A stretch of DNA of 64,000 bases from an uncultured Planctomycetales bacterium (GTDB lineage: Bacteria; Omnitrophota; Gorgyraeia; Zapsychrales; JANLHA01): positions 1,722-65,721 of the forward strand of contig CAYVEC010000010.1 of assembly GCA_964450385.1 (NCBI GenBank), in the 5' to 3' direction. The notes below the pieces were generated by a model. That model saw only the letters and a program-made list of their open reading frames with translations. It had not been told where the DNA came from and ran no database searches. Within the stretch, counting starts at the first letter, position 1. Each line of letters begins with the position of its first letter. Positions 63,658 through 64,000 of this stretch are shown one piece after another. The position numbers and the translations under genes are program-made.

Positions 63658-63674
63658 TTAGTTAAACTAACTAA
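63658..63674. promoter_or_regulatory. inverted repeat TTAGTT-N5-AACTAA (candidate operator)
   Basis: 6-bp arms with a 5-nt spacer. 16 bp upstream of the -35 box of the MerR-family gene promoter. Confidence 0.3.
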
Positions 63675-63689
63675 AAAAATTATCAAGGC

Positions 63690-63718
63690 TTGACAAAAAA
63701 ATTATTTCGTGATATATT
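63690..63718 (+). promoter_or_regulatory. sigma70-type promoter TTGACA-17-TATATT
   Basis: ttgaca at 63690-63695, tatatt at 63713-63718. RBS GGAGAAA then the ATG at 63742. Confidence 0.45.
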
Positions 63719-63741
63719 TTTGGTGAACCTGGAGAAAAAGA

Positions 63742-64000
63742 ATGGGGCTAGACGAGATCCAAAAATATGATGTTGAGATCGATCCGCAGGAGCCGGTCTT
63801 TATTATAAGTGTAGTCAGCCGTATGGTTGATATTCCGATTTGGACGTTGCGCAAATTGGATGACATGGGAGTTGTTCAACCGCAGCGGCTAGGTAAGAGT
63901 ACTCGATGTTATTCAAAAGAACAGGTGACATTGTTGAATTATATTCATTATTTGATGGAGGAAAGAAATGTGAATATTAGCGGGATTAAGGTGATCTTGG
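63742..64000 (+). CDS. MerR-family HTH transcriptional regulator, 3'-truncated by window edge
   Basis: MGLDEIQKYDVEIDPQEPVFIISVVSRMVDIPIWTLRKLDDMGVVQPQRLGKSTRCYSKEQV: MerR/HspR-type N-terminal HTH. No stop before the window end. Confidence 0.6.
   Translation, partial: MGLDEIQKYDVEIDPQEPVFIISVVSRMVDIPIWTLRKLDDMGVVQPQRLGKSTRCYSKEQVTLLNYIHYLMEERNVNISGIKVIL

Noticed and set aside
1-64000. CRISPR arrays, rRNA genes, transposases, integrases, phage structural genes, toxin-antitoxin pairs
   Set aside because: I saw no regularly spaced direct repeats, no rRNA-like conserved stretches and no ORFs with DDE, tyrosine-recombinase or phage hallmarks. The window appears to be core chromosome apart from the giant ORF.

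Overview
This is a high-GC (roughly 60%) bacterial chromosomal window with AT-rich intergenic promoters, standard genetic code and Shine-Dalgarno-type ribosome-binding sites. It is probably from an uncultivated lineage, judging by a PEP-CTERM protein, several TPR-tailed TMTC-like and YfhO-like membrane proteins, and one giant ORF. Nothing in the sequence lets me place it taxonomically beyond that.

Layout:
- 3..10613 (+): a single stop-free reading frame of at least 3,534 codons, open at the 5' window edge. Along it I recognise, in order, motif sets of an MBL-like fold, an HD-like domain, a GHKL/HATPase_c ATPase, a PrmA-like class I SAM methyltransferase, a cytidylate-kinase-like P-loop kinase, two XRE-type helix-turn-helix domains, a hydrophobic pair of helices and an arginase/deacetylase-like Mn-binding motif pair. 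Pro/Asp/Glu-rich linkers sit between these modules. This is the outstanding feature of the window.
- 10619..15021 (-): mutS-mutL operon, convergent with the giant ORF, stop-to-stop 5 bp apart.
- 15.1-20.8 kb: a consensus sigma70 promoter, a secreted coiled-coil protein with an internal ~94-aa tandem duplication, an orphan CheY-like response regulator, two membrane proteins, and a PEP-CTERM protein with a rho-independent terminator.
- 21-42 kb: comM/yifB, a divergent PAP2 protein, a LysM/L,D-transpeptidase, accA, rlmN, TMTC-like TPR membrane protein 1, tRNA-Leu(CAA) and tRNA-Ala(GGC) on the minus strand, birA (with a bioO-like inverted repeat) plus a BioH-like esterase, mnmA, pgi, tatA and tatC, a YfhO-like membrane protein, an unannotated 35-aa lysine-rich histone-like gene, hemW, TMTC-like protein 2, a polyprenyl synthase and a small secreted protein.
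- 42.5-62.6 kb: one long co-directional housekeeping array. It runs purB, purC, purS-purS-purL (fused), a LOG-family gene, purQ, purM, purD, purE, a tsaC fused to a low-molecular-weight protein tyrosine phosphatase, rpiB, glyA, nrdR, a bifunctional nuclease, cca, a Nudix protein, a Cys-rich small ORF, a second secreted coiled-coil protein, aroK, a DUF481 outer-membrane protein, miaA and hflX.
- 62.6-64 kb: a DXD-motif glycosyltransferase-like gene (-), then a consensus promoter and inverted repeat in front of a 3'-truncated MerR-family gene.

I saw no CRISPR array, rRNA, transposase or integrase. CDS coordinates follow the ORF track. Features I located by eye (tRNAs, promoters, the small gene) may be off by 1-2 nt.
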